From a virus, in the IMG/VR virus record IMGVR_UViG_2710264501_000005, positions 5,929-69,928 of that record: DNA of 64,000 nt. One strand, given 5' to 3'. The first letter of the stretch is position 1, and each line of letters starts with the position of its first letter. A model generated the notes under the pieces. The model ran no database searches and was not told the origin of the DNA. It was given only the letters and a program-made list of their open reading frames with translations. The position numbers and the translations under genes were made by a program. Positions 35,902-44,728 of the stretch are shown here, one piece after another.

Positions 35902-36961
35902 CATGTATGACAACCTGATTGTGTCTGTCAGCGGCGGCAAGGACAGTACTGTACTAGCCGCGTTAGCTTTGGAAGAGGCGTCACGGCGGCGACGGAAGAT
36001 CGGGCTGTTTTTTCTGGACGAAGAGGTTGTCTATCAGGCGACGGTCGATCAGGTCGAATACCTCATGTCGATCTTCCCGGAATGGACTAATCGCTTGTGG
36101 CTTCAAGTCGAGTTCAACCTGACCAACGCCACTTCTGCCACGGAGACTCAGTTACTTTGTTGGGAGGAGGGTAAGCATAAGCAGTGGATGCGATCGAAGG
36201 GCAAAAACAATATTGTTGCACCACCTTGGGGACGCGGCAGTGAAGTAACGATCCGGGATAAAAGAAAAGGGTTTGGTTTTTACGATGTGATAGACAACTT
36301 CGAGGCTTGTTACAGCGATACAGCATTTTTAATAGGGTTGCGAGCAACGGAAGGCCCCAATCGGTTCAGGGCTGTGTCCAAAAATCCGGTCGTCAAAAAC
36401 GGCGTATCGATCTATTACGGCACGTCGAAACCGCATGGAAATGCGGCGTTTTATCCGATCTATGATTGGAACTTCCATGACGTTTGGAAGTTCATTTATG
36501 ACCGCAAGCTTCGATACAACAAAATCTATGACATGCAATTCCGCAAGGGATTGCCGCTGGCACAGATCCGATGTTCGTCACTGATTCACGAGCGGTCTTT
36601 TAAGAGCCTTTGCGAACTCCCGGAGTTTGAGCCGAAGACGTATGCAAAGCTTCTCAAGCGGGCAAAGGGAATTGGACTGGCCCAAGAGACTGGCAAAAAC
36701 GCCAAGATGTTCGCGGCAAGGAAGCTTCCGAAAAACTATACGTCGTGGAGAAGATACAGAGATGTACTATTGGCGACTCATCCAGATCCGCTTGGAAAAG
36801 ATGTGCTTGCAAAGCGGTTCTCGAAGCAACTAGACAACGAATATGTAGCCAGACAGCAGTGTCGGCAGTTGATTCTTAACGACTACGAAAACAATGTCGG
36901 CATAGACAACCGCCCGGACCCACGCGAAGAACTTATAGAGTACTACAGGAGTGTGCTGTGA
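35828..36961 (+). CDS. ibrA: PAPS-reductase-like PP-loop protein, IbrA/DUF3440-like
   Basis: VSVSGGKDS, FFLDEE, IGLRATEGPNR, FYPIYDWNFHDVW. Confidence 0.78.
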   Translation: MKPTQRYDQRTVLEASIQRISLLFDMYDNLIVSVSGGKDSTVLAALALEEASRRRRKIGLFFLDEEVVYQATVDQVEYLMSIFPEWTNRLWLQVEFNLTNATSATETQLLCWEEGKHKQWMRSKGKNNIVAPPWGRGSEVTIRDKRKGFGFYDVIDNFEACYSDTAFLIGLRATEGPNRFRAVSKNPVVKNGVSIYYGTSKPHGNAAFYPIYDWNFHDVWKFIYDRKLRYNKIYDMQFRKGLPLAQIRCSSLIHERSFKSLCELPEFEPKTYAKLLKRAKGIGLAQETGKNAKMFAARKLPKNYTSWRRYRDVLLATHPDPLGKDVLAKRFSKQLDNEYVARQQCRQLILNDYENNVGIDNRPDPREELIEYYRSVL

Positions 36962-37524
36962 TTGATACACTAGATGAATTAAGGAATCAGATTGGCTTGC
37001 GAAGTGTGTTCGTCGGTCAAATCAAGATCCCGTGCATGAACGTTATGTTAGTAAATCGGGATTTAGTTGTTGCCAATACGTACAACCCCAATTCCGTTCC
37101 TCCCGACAGGCTGGAGTTGCTTCGCGTTTCGATTCTTTCCAACGGATTTTGTTTTCCGGTTGTCACGATATGGGATGACGACCTCGAAAAGCTTGTCATT
37201 GTCGATGGGTTTCATCGTTATCTATTAACAGGGCCAGACTGGTTGGACATGCGGCACGTGCCTGTAGTAGTACTGGAACACGGCCCGAGCCAGCGTATGG
37301 CTGCAACTGTTCAGTTCAACAAGGCAAGAGGTGTTCATCAGATCGATCTAGACGCCGATATCGTGCGTGCACTGATAGAACAGGGCATCGACGAAAGGGA
37401 GGTAGCAGAGCAGCTTGGCATGGACTTGGATGCGGTCCATCGTTACAAGCAAGTCACGGGAATTGTTGAGCTATTCAAAGGTGTGCAGTACTCCGCAGCT
37501 TGGGAGATTGCCGATGCTGATTGA
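36958..37524 (+). CDS. ibrB: ParB/Srx-domain protein, IbrB-like
   Basis: ANTYNPNSVPP, SILSNGFCFPVV, IVDGFHRY, TVQFNKARGVH. Confidence 0.8.
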   Translation: MIDTLDELRNQIGLRSVFVGQIKIPCMNVMLVNRDLVVANTYNPNSVPPDRLELLRVSILSNGFCFPVVTIWDDDLEKLVIVDGFHRYLLTGPDWLDMRHVPVVVLEHGPSQRMAATVQFNKARGVHQIDLDADIVRALIEQGIDEREVAEQLGMDLDAVHRYKQVTGIVELFKGVQYSAAWEIADAD

Positions 37525-38278
37525 GTCTCCAAGACACACACCAGCAGACCTCAACTTGTGGGTTGACCACGAAGAGGCCGATTTACAACACAGCATGTCA
37601 CGGCGGGAGCAGGAAGCAAAGGAGGCGATTGTACAGTTTACAGACCAGTTGCCGTGTTATGCGGGCGTTTCGTGGGGCAAGGATTCTGTTGTGATAGCCC
37701 ATCTCTTGCGACGCTACGCTCCGGATGTTTCGTTAATGCACTTGCGGCCTACCAACCACAATCCAGACTGTGATGCGGTGCGAGACATCTATTTTGATTT
37801 GTTTCCCGGCCAAGCATATGAAGAGGTTTTCGTGTCTTATGATGGCTTAGATCGGACGATGCTTGATCGTGGCAGTTTAGACCGGCTCACAGACCAGCGG
37901 TGGTATGCAGCGATACGAGAATACGGAAAGGAGTTCCGCCAAAGGCACATCTTGGGTATACGTGCAGAAGAATCGACCGGCCGGCGATTTCGTGTAATGC
38001 GTTGGGGGTTGGCATCTCCTAATGCCTGTGCTCCTATCGGTAGGTGGAGCACTGCGGATGTGTTTGCCTATCTCGCGTGTCACGGCTTGCCGGTCCACCC
38101 GGCGTATGCGATGCTTGGGGGCGGCAGGTGGCGACGCGACCGAATCCGGGTGGCTGAGATTGGTGACACTCACGGCACGGGGTCCGGCCGTGAAGAGTGG
38201 GAGCGGGAGTATTACGGCGACGTACTGAGGAGGTTAGAGTGTCGATCAAGGATCGTGTCAAGGAATTGCGGCGAGTGA
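37514..38278 (+). CDS. CysH-like PP-loop protein (type IV-B-associated type)
   Basis: VSWGKDSVV, LGIRAEESTGR, PIGRWSTADVFAYL. Confidence 0.8.
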   Translation: MLIESPRHTPADLNLWVDHEEADLQHSMSRREQEAKEAIVQFTDQLPCYAGVSWGKDSVVIAHLLRRYAPDVSLMHLRPTNHNPDCDAVRDIYFDLFPGQAYEEVFVSYDGLDRTMLDRGSLDRLTDQRWYAAIREYGKEFRQRHILGIRAEESTGRRFRVMRWGLASPNACAPIGRWSTADVFAYLACHGLPVHPAYAMLGGGRWRRDRIRVAEIGDTHGTGSGREEWEREYYGDVLRRLECRSRIVSRNCGE

Positions 38279-38835
38279 AGGCTTCGGAATTGGTGCCACA
38301 CCCCGGCAACTACCGGAGGCATCCAGAGATACAAAAACACGCCCTAGCTGGCGTTTTGGCGGAACTTGGCTACTGTTCCGCCTTGGTAGCCAGGGAGCTT
38401 CCAGACGGCCGTTTGGGGCTGCTAGATGGCCATTTACGGGCTGACCTGACGCCAGACGAAGAGGTGCCGGTTGTGGTGGTGGACTTGACGGAGGAAGAGG
38501 CCAAAAAGTTCCTTGTCACGTTCGACCCTTTGACCAGCCTAGCGGAAACCGATCAGGAGATATTGGACGGGCTGCTAGAGGGCTTGGGGGGCGGTCCAGA
38601 GTTCCAGGTGAGTTTGACGGAGTTGTGGCCGGATGCTTTCAAGGAATCGATCCCAGAGCCGCCAGCGGAGCCTTTCGAGGGCGACAAGATCGACTGGTCG
38701 AGGCCGTTGATGCTGACTGCCGAGCAGCGTGCGATAGTAGATCAGGCGATTGCCAAGATTCGGACGATGGAGAATGATGCAGGAATAGCAGAGGGCCGCT
38801 GTATTGAGCTTGCGTTAGCCGACTGGCTGAGCTAG
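38239..38835 (+). CDS. ParB/Srx-domain protein
   Basis: LVPHPGNYRRH, LLDGHLRA, EVPVVVVDL. Confidence 0.78.
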   Translation: MSIKDRVKELRRVKASELVPHPGNYRRHPEIQKHALAGVLAELGYCSALVARELPDGRLGLLDGHLRADLTPDEEVPVVVVDLTEEEAKKFLVTFDPLTSLAETDQEILDGLLEGLGGGPEFQVSLTELWPDAFKESIPEPPAEPFEGDKIDWSRPLMLTAEQRAIVDQAIAKIRTMENDAGIAEGRCIELALADWLS

Positions 38836-39092
38836 TCGTTCAGGAATAGTGGCATTTCGCCATGCGGTCTGACTAGCCTGCCTTCCACGAACATTCGGCA
38901 ACGCTCGTTTTCGATCCCGTTTCTGGGGATCAAGGCATGTAGGAACGAGTCTTTTTTGTTGCACTCTTCATAGTTGTGGAGCATGTGTAGCATCCAGACT
39001 TGGCAGGGCTCATCCGGTTGATTGTGGACGCATCGGCTGCACCACTTTTCGGCGTAGATATCGCCTTCAGTTCCGTTTGCGAAGTACCCCAT
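38832..39092 (-). CDS. Cys-rich hypothetical protein
   Basis: MGYFANGTEG...CSRCVH; converges on the cas operon. Confidence 0.6.
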   Translation of the reverse strand: MGYFANGTEGDIYAEKWCSRCVHNQPDEPCQVWMLHMLHNYEECNKKDSFLHALIPRNGIENERCRMFVEGRLVRPHGEMPLFLND

Positions 39093-39140
39093 ATCAGAGT
39101 TCCCTTTAAACCGTCCAAGGGTAGCAAAAAACAGCCCCAA

Positions 39141-39159
39141 ATCAATTTTAAAAAATGAT
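39141..39159. repeat. 19-bp palindrome, copy 3
   Basis: ATCAATTTTAAAAAATGAT. Confidence 0.75.
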
Positions 39160-39187
39160 TTGTTAGCTACGTTTCGGGGTTCGATGC

Positions 39188-39487
39188 TTACCCGTTTTGC
39201 TGGCCGTTGATCCCTAGCAGTTTGAGGCTTTCGGAGTCGTTTCCGTGCAGTTCTCGGATACGTTCAACGCACTCGTCAAAGCCCTTTGTGAACTGGTAAT
39301 AGGCACGCTGTCCCGATTCGATCTTGGAGAAAATTTCGGAGAGGTGCTTGCGGATACGTTCCGATTCGTCGGCTATGGCATCGTCGATGATTTCATCGGG
39401 TGTGGCGTCGATCAGAACGAAGTCGTCTACCACGCTAGACCAGACGGCGTAGAGTCCGTTTGGCTGTTTGACGATCTGCCTACCCAT
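39188..39487 (-). CDS. hypothetical protein
   Basis: MGRQIVKQPNGLYAVWSSVVD. Confidence 0.6.
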   Translation of the reverse strand: MGRQIVKQPNGLYAVWSSVVDDFVLIDATPDEIIDDAIADESERIRKHLSEIFSKIESGQRAYYQFTKGFDECVERIRELHGNDSESLKLLGINGQQNG

Positions 39488-40694
39488 TGGCTTTCTCCCT
39501 TGCTTCTTTTTCTTTCAGGGCTTCGACGGCGGCCTTGAGGATATCAAGTTCTTTTGCAGACACGGCGGAACTGGCGGGGTACAGACGAAGATTGGCTTCT
39601 AACGACGCGAACAGCTTTTCCGCTTCTGCCGATGTGGGCTTCGGGGGCTTGGTGGCATCGCGGATTACAGTGGGGGCGTCTGCGAGGTTATCGACCACAC
39701 AGCAAAATCTGGTAAGCCCTTCGTCATGGTCGATGTTGGCGATATACCACGAACCATCGTCGCGGCGGGCAAACTCCCATTCGTGCTTGCCGGCGTCGGC
39801 GGCTTCCTGTAGTGCCTCCGCCAGTGTGTCCTCATGGTGCGAGCGTAGCCGGATGATTCGAGTAGTGAACCAGTTGCCTAGTTCGCTGACGTTTACCGGG
39901 TCTGCAACCCATTCGGCAACCCACTCGGCTGCAAGTTCTTTTGCTGTTTTGCGGTCGATCCTGTCTCTGGCTTTCTGATCTGACAGCAGTTGGGCCAATC
40001 GGTTGCCTTGTGACACGTATTGATTCGTGACTTCGGCAAGTTCCCGTTGCAGTGCCGTTACCTTTTCGATCAGCAGGCCGACAACTTCGGCGGCTTGCAA
40101 CGTGAATTGTTCGTCGAATTCATCGAACACAGCCTCGCCTAAATCGGTGGTTTTGTATCCTTTCCAGTCTTGTGTAACCTGCTTGGCGAGTTCCTTGAAC
40201 CATTCTGGTAGTTCTTTCACGGGTTTACCCTTTCTGGTTTTTTTCTCGTTCGCCTCAGCGATGGCCGCTCGAACAACACTCAAAACGGCATCGTCGAAAT
40301 CACAACGACCGTGATTCGTCCAAGTGGACTCAATCTGCCGCAGAGCCAGAAGATCCCTTTCCTGCTCGAAGTTACCACGCTCAATGCTTCCATGCGTGGT
40401 CATGTGTACGTCCAGAGCGAGCGTCAACACAGAGCGATCATCCAATATGTCAGCAACCCATTTTTCCCGGTACATATCGTCTTTCCGTTCAGGGAGGTTG
40501 TGCAGCACACAGAAAGGGCAGGCGTTTCCGAACCCGTCGCCGCCTTTCGGCGTTAGTCTGTCAGCCTCTTGCCAACCAGCTAGCCAGTTCTTCCAGAGCA
40601 TGGAGCCTGCTTTGTAGGGGTTGCCCTCGACGGGCACCCCGTCGTCGCGTCGGGCTTCGTAGCCTGTTTGGAATCCCGGTGGTTTGTCGCTCAT
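39480..40694 (-). CDS. mosaic coiled-coil protein with N-terminal Rmf/CrpP-like motif
   Basis: GYEA....P...NPY.......WLAGWQEA followed by helical segments. Confidence 0.55.
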   Translation of the reverse strand: MSDKPPGFQTGYEARRDDGVPVEGNPYKAGSMLWKNWLAGWQEADRLTPKGGDGFGNACPFCVLHNLPERKDDMYREKWVADILDDRSVLTLALDVHMTTHGSIERGNFEQERDLLALRQIESTWTNHGRCDFDDAVLSVVRAAIAEANEKKTRKGKPVKELPEWFKELAKQVTQDWKGYKTTDLGEAVFDEFDEQFTLQAAEVVGLLIEKVTALQRELAEVTNQYVSQGNRLAQLLSDQKARDRIDRKTAKELAAEWVAEWVADPVNVSELGNWFTTRIIRLRSHHEDTLAEALQEAADAGKHEWEFARRDDGSWYIANIDHDEGLTRFCCVVDNLADAPTVIRDATKPPKPTSAEAEKLFASLEANLRLYPASSAVSAKELDILKAAVEALKEKEAREKANG

Positions 40695-41330
40695 GCTACG
40701 CCTTCTACTTGTTCGATGGCTTCCCTTAGTTGCTTGGCTAGTGGGCTGTTTTCCCACTGGTCATTCTCGCAGTCTTCCAGGGCGGCTTTGCAGGCGGCGA
40801 GCAATACATCAAGGTTGCTATCCTGCACCTGCCACCAGAGGAGGCAATCTAAACAGGGGCAGTCGCGGCGTTTGTGAGGTTTGGACTTCATGCCACCTTC
40901 TTTTTTTGTCCGTGTCATGCCTACTCTCCTGTCTTGATGTACTGGTCACGCCTAGCTTCTAGAAACAGCCCGGCGTCACAAGAGTTTTTGAACCGGGCAA
41001 TCGCCTTGGGTTCTTTTTCCGCATCGCAGATGACATAGGGATATGTTTCGTGCAGTTTGCCAGTGTAGCAGTAGAACCGCAGCCGGGCGGTCTTTTGTCG
41101 TTCGGTGGCTCTGACTCTTAGGGTCATGGTTCGTCGTCCCTTTCAAAAACATACGTAACCACCCAAAGCGGCTTGCGAAACCACGTCAATGGATTCCACC
41201 AGCGTGGAACGCGAACCACTCTGCCATTGATGAGTTTCAGATGGTATCCGCCCAACGTAAGACCTTCGTGCAATTCGTTTAAGCAGTCGGCTTCCTTGAG
41301 GTGCTGAAATACTAGATCATCGTCGCTCAT
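40691..41330 (-). CDS. three small hypothetical ORFs (40691-40918, 40921-41127, 41124-41330)
   Basis: Co-directional and closely coupled. Confidence 0.5.
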
Positions 41331-42100
41331 GCCACCCTCCTTTCCCTTGCTAGTAGTTTCCTCAATTCCCGGTCTACCGCTTCCCCGTACTCTCTGGGGT
41401 ACTCACGAACTAAGTTTCCATCGGGGTAGCTTTTCTCAGTGAATACAGCCCCCACAAGGATTAACGCCTCAAGTTCCATCTCGGCCGTGACTCCCATCAA
41501 TTTTATCGCCTTCCCAATAGTCTCCTCTGATTCCCTCTGAAGTTTTTTCGGGATCGGCCAGTATCGACCTGGAAGAAGAGTCCTACCGGGTACGTTACGG
41601 GCGTAGTTGAGCAAGGACCGCAAAAGCCGCGTAGCTTGGTCATGAGTCCTTACCGATCCTCCGATTTCATGGGAGGTAATCACGGCGACTTGTTCCGGTG
41701 CGAAGCGAATACCCACGAACGAAAACTGTTTGCGGCGGTATCGCCTCTGGTAGAAAGCATCCCATCGGTCATAAGGCAATCGCAACCATTCCAGATGATC
41801 CGATGCTATGATGTGAGGCTCGAAAGTAGCATACCGCTCGTCTGCCCAACGCGGGCCGCACACCTCGCAAGCCTTGACCTTGCATCGCGTGAAAACGGTT
41901 CGGATTGCCCTCTCGAAAACCTGTTTAACCCGAATACGATTCGGGCAGAGCAAAGGAGTTAGTCTAAGGGTTTCTAGAGATTGGGTTGTCTTAGAGCAAG
42001 TCTTTTGCTCCCCGTCACCCTCCCGGTGGCGGGTTGCGTCAATTGTATCCGACACGATATAATTAGCCTCTAGCATAAGACGAGCCGCACAGCCGACCAA
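41327..42100 (-). CDS. CxxxxCxxC zinc-finger protein, possibly Rep-like; paralog of 8972-9904
   Basis: RCKVKACEVCGPRW; true start uncertain. Confidence 0.5.
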   Translation of the reverse strand: MVGCAARLMLEANYIVSDTIDATRHREGDGEQKTCSKTTQSLETLRLTPLLCPNRIRVKQVFERAIRTVFTRCKVKACEVCGPRWADERYATFEPHIIASDHLEWLRLPYDRWDAFYQRRYRRKQFSFVGIRFAPEQVAVITSHEIGGSVRTHDQATRLLRSLLNYARNVPGRTLLPGRYWPIPKKLQRESEETIGKAIKLMGVTAEMELEALILVGAVFTEKSYPDGNLVREYPREYGEAVDRELRKLLARERRVA

Positions 42101-42127
42101 GCATCCGGCCCGTCAATCCTCTCGATA

Positions 42128-42161
42128 CCCGGTCTGGTCCGTTCCAGGCCGGGTTTTTTTC
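42128..42161 (+). terminator. intrinsic terminator upstream of the repressor promoter
   Basis: CCCGGTCTGG/CCAGGCCGGG stem plus T7. Confidence 0.65.
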
Positions 42162-42196
42162 GCCCTCAACTCCCCCCAATATACAAAAAATCCCTA

Positions 42197-42224
42197 TTGG
42201 AATCAATCGGGCCGCCGATACAAT
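42197..42224 (+). promoter_or_regulatory. sigma70-like promoter of the repressor with operator ATCGG-N4-CCGAT
   Basis: TTGGAA-N16-TACAAT; palindrome at 42206-42219. Confidence 0.6.
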
Positions 42225-42246
42225 ATGTCAGAAGGAGGCGACGAAC

Positions 42247-42498
42247 ATGATAAAACAGCCTGATAGCTTCGGGAAACGTCTAAGGGCCGCTATGGGGGGG
42301 CGTACACAGGTAGAGGTAGCCTCGATATCGGGGGTCCGACAAAGCATCATCAGCGAGCTATTGTCCGAAAAATACCAGCCTACCCTGTCAACCGCTGCCG
42401 CTTTGGCCCGTTCTCTGGGCGTTTCCGTGGATTCGCTGGTTCCCGAGCCGGAAAAACGGTCAAAAACGACCGCTCACAGAAAAAAATCGGCGGTCTAA
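42247..42498 (+). CDS. XRE/Cro-CI family HTH repressor
   Basis: FGKRLRAAM..TQVEVASISGVRQSIISELLSEKYQPTLSTAAALARSLGVSVDSL; GGAGG RBS. Confidence 0.9.
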   Translation: MIKQPDSFGKRLRAAMGGRTQVEVASISGVRQSIISELLSEKYQPTLSTAAALARSLGVSVDSLVPEPEKRSKTTAHRKKSAV

Positions 42499-42552
42499 CC
42501 CCTTATTTTTCTAGGGCTTACGAGAAAACCCAAAAATTTTCCCGTTCCCCTA

Positions 42553-42580
42553 TTGACTTTCCTATCGGAAAACCGATAAT
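42553..42580 (+). promoter_or_regulatory. sigma70-like early promoter with second operator ATCGG-N4-CCGAT
   Basis: TTGACT-N16-GATAAT; palindrome at 42564-42577. Confidence 0.7.
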
Positions 42581-42892
42581 GATATCAGACTGAGAGTGAC
42601 GCTCATTGACAACTTGAACGCGACCGAGCCCCGAGGGGGAGAGTGATCGAACCCGAAGGCCGCCGAAAACAACTCCTCATAAGGCCCTGCCGACCTGGGG
42701 AGGAGAAGAGTAAGCGGAGATCAATAGCCGGACCTGTGAGCCGGAAACAGTACCGGGGACCAAGCCTGAAAGAATGGCGACGGTGGCGTGGCTGGAATGA
42801 AACAAACCCCACTTGCTTAGGCAGGTGGGCTTGAGGGCCGCTAGACTGCGACCCTCTGGCCCGCTTACCCCCAAACCTTAGGAGACTGAACG

Positions 42893-43174
42893 ATGTATTA
42901 CGAAGCGACTATCAAGGGCAGCAACGGCGGATTTGGTGAGTACGACCAGCAGTTCTTCGATTTTGGCGAGGGCTGGGAAGACGAACAAGACCTGATAAAT
43001 GAGTGCTACCAAAACGTCAACGGCGACCTGTACGAACTTGGTGTGGACGAATTGCCGGACGGGCTCGACGATATCCGCGGCTCGATCCACAACCAGGACG
43101 GCCGGATTTTTGGCTGGCTCGACGACCGGGGCGAACCGCACTACTTCGCCATTGTGTGCCAGGACGGAAAGTGA
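42893..43174 (+). CDS. highly acidic small protein (candidate DNA mimic)
   Basis: By hand count 22 D/E versus 5 K/R in 93 aa; first gene after the early promoter. Confidence 0.65.
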   Translation: MYYEATIKGSNGGFGEYDQQFFDFGEGWEDEQDLINECYQNVNGDLYELGVDELPDGLDDIRGSIHNQDGRIFGWLDDRGEPHYFAIVCQDGK

Positions 43175-43250
43175 TCACCCCGCGACCCTCTTCCAGCCCG
43201 GCAATCGTGCCGGGCTTTGCTTTTGGACCCCCAAACAGGAGACAGACCCG

Positions 43251-43556
43251 ATGATTACCAGAAACAAAGCGGACGGCAGAATCACCGTCAAGACGAACAA
43301 CGGTGATTTTGACCTGGAGTATTTCATGAGTGCCGCTTGGGAGCCTTCGACCGGTGACGGCTGGAGTTCTCCGCGAATCCCCGAACACTGGGAACTGGAT
43401 GATCCAGAGCCCGATACAGTGATCTTCACCGACCGCAAGGGCCGCCAGCGGGTCAAGCCGGTCAAACGCGGCAGCCTGCTATATCGCCTGCTGTGTAACT
43501 GGCTGGATGCGGCTGAGTTTCAATCGCTGTGCGATGGCTGCACAGTGCCAGAATGA
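43251..43556 (+). CDS. small hypothetical early protein
   Basis: AGGAG RBS in a repeated spacer. Confidence 0.65.
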   Translation: MITRNKADGRITVKTNNGDFDLEYFMSAAWEPSTGDGWSSPRIPEHWELDDPEPDTVIFTDRKGRQRVKPVKRGSLLYRLLCNWLDAAEFQSLCDGCTVPE

Positions 43557-43730
43557 CTCCATGGCCTCCGGGCCCGCCTCCGCTCTCCCGACTGGAAAGC
43601 GACCTGACTGAGTGGACGATCTGGCACAGCCAACAGGACGCCAGACGACGTGCTCAGAGGCGAGTGAGTACGAGATCAGAGAGTGGAGGCGGTTTCGAAT
43701 TCCCTAACCCGAGAATTGATGAGGTGTAGC

Positions 43731-43910
43731 ATGGCCGAAACCACAACCTGGAAGGTGACGACACTCGGAAAGCCAGTGTTTGACTCGGAGGCCGGGCCTA
43801 ACATTGGGTACGAAGGAGGCGAGCAATACACGATTGAAGCCACCGACGAGGAGGCCGCCGAGTTCTTTGCCGACCACTACGAGACGGTGGCTCGACTTGA
43901 GCGAGCCTAG
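43731..43910 (+). CDS. small acidic early protein
   Basis: GAGGTG RBS. Confidence 0.6.
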   Translation: MAETTTWKVTTLGKPVFDSEAGPNIGYEGGEQYTIEATDEEAAEFFADHYETVARLERA

Positions 43911-44000
43911 CCCCACCGCCCCGAGCGCCGCGCCCTCCGGACACTCCCGAGGGCGCCCGCCCGCGGCGTTCGCGGGAATAACCCCTAGAAACGAGGTGCG

Positions 44001-44267
44001 ATGATGACGACGACCGTAACCAAAGTGATTGAGATCGTGACGGCAGCCGCGGAGGAAAAGCTGCGTGGGTCCGTCGCGCAGTGGAGCACGGTAGGGCTCT
44101 ACATCACGCCGGAGGAGCAGCGTGCGATCGAAGAGGGTTTGCAGTATTACCTGCGACACATCGAGTATCACGACAGGCCGAAGTACACGGTGCGCGACGT
44201 GGTAGCGAAGGCTCTGGCGGGTCGCATGAAGCCCGAGACTCGCGAGCGGCTGAACCCGATGGCCTGA
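44001..44267 (+). CDS. small early protein
   Basis: GAGGTG RBS. Confidence 0.65.
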   Translation: MMTTTVTKVIEIVTAAAEEKLRGSVAQWSTVGLYITPEEQRAIEEGLQYYLRHIEYHDRPKYTVRDVVAKALAGRMKPETRERLNPMA

Positions 44268-44377
44268 CCCTTTTCGCCCCAGGCCCCCGGCAGGTCTCCC
44301 CGGACTGTGCCGGCGGCCCGTGGCGCCGGGTGTGCCGGTGTGCGGGAATGTAACCCTGAGAATTGTGAGGTGACGAG

Positions 44378-44614
44378 ATGGCGAAGATTAGCATTTACCG
44401 CGACGGAGTATGGGCAGGGGATGGCGAGCTGCGAAACGGCACTATCGAGGATTGCCCCGCAATCCTGGGTGCCGACCAAGATGCGAGCGACGAAACCTAC
44501 GAGGCTATCGAGGACGCGATCGCCGACGAACCGCAGGACGAGGGCCGCTACACCGGCACCGGATCGGTGGAGCGTCCGGATGGCGTCTATTCTTGGACGA
44601 TTGACCCCAGCTAG
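44378..44614 (+). CDS. highly acidic small early protein
   Basis: By hand count 19 D/E versus 5 K/R in 78 aa; GAGGTG RBS. Confidence 0.65.
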   Translation: MAKISIYRDGVWAGDGELRNGTIEDCPAILGADQDASDETYEAIEDAIADEPQDEGRYTGTGSVERPDGVYSWTIDPS

Positions 44615-44728
44615 GGGCGGGTTACCCCGAAAAGCCCGGGCGGCGTTTCACCTCCCGCCCGGGCCCGCTGGGCTTCCTCTGATGCCGGAAGGCGATACCA
44701 ACTTCAACCCTGTTTCTGGAGGTGAGCC

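Noticed and set aside
35828-38278. Sulfur-assimilation auxiliary metabolic genes (cysH)
   Set aside because: No other cys genes are present; the context with ParB and Csf genes points to non-metabolic PP-loop families.
31727-39190. CRISPR array or mini-array next to the csf genes
   Set aside because: Flanks are only 48 bp upstream and overlapping genes downstream. I saw no regularly spaced repeats here or elsewhere by eye; a CRISPR finder should confirm.
39487-39978. Plus-strand Ser/Ala-rich ORF (likewise 49412-50077, 59033-59620 and 35140-35802 on the minus strand)
   Set aside because: Antisense shadows of better-supported genes in GC-rich sequence.
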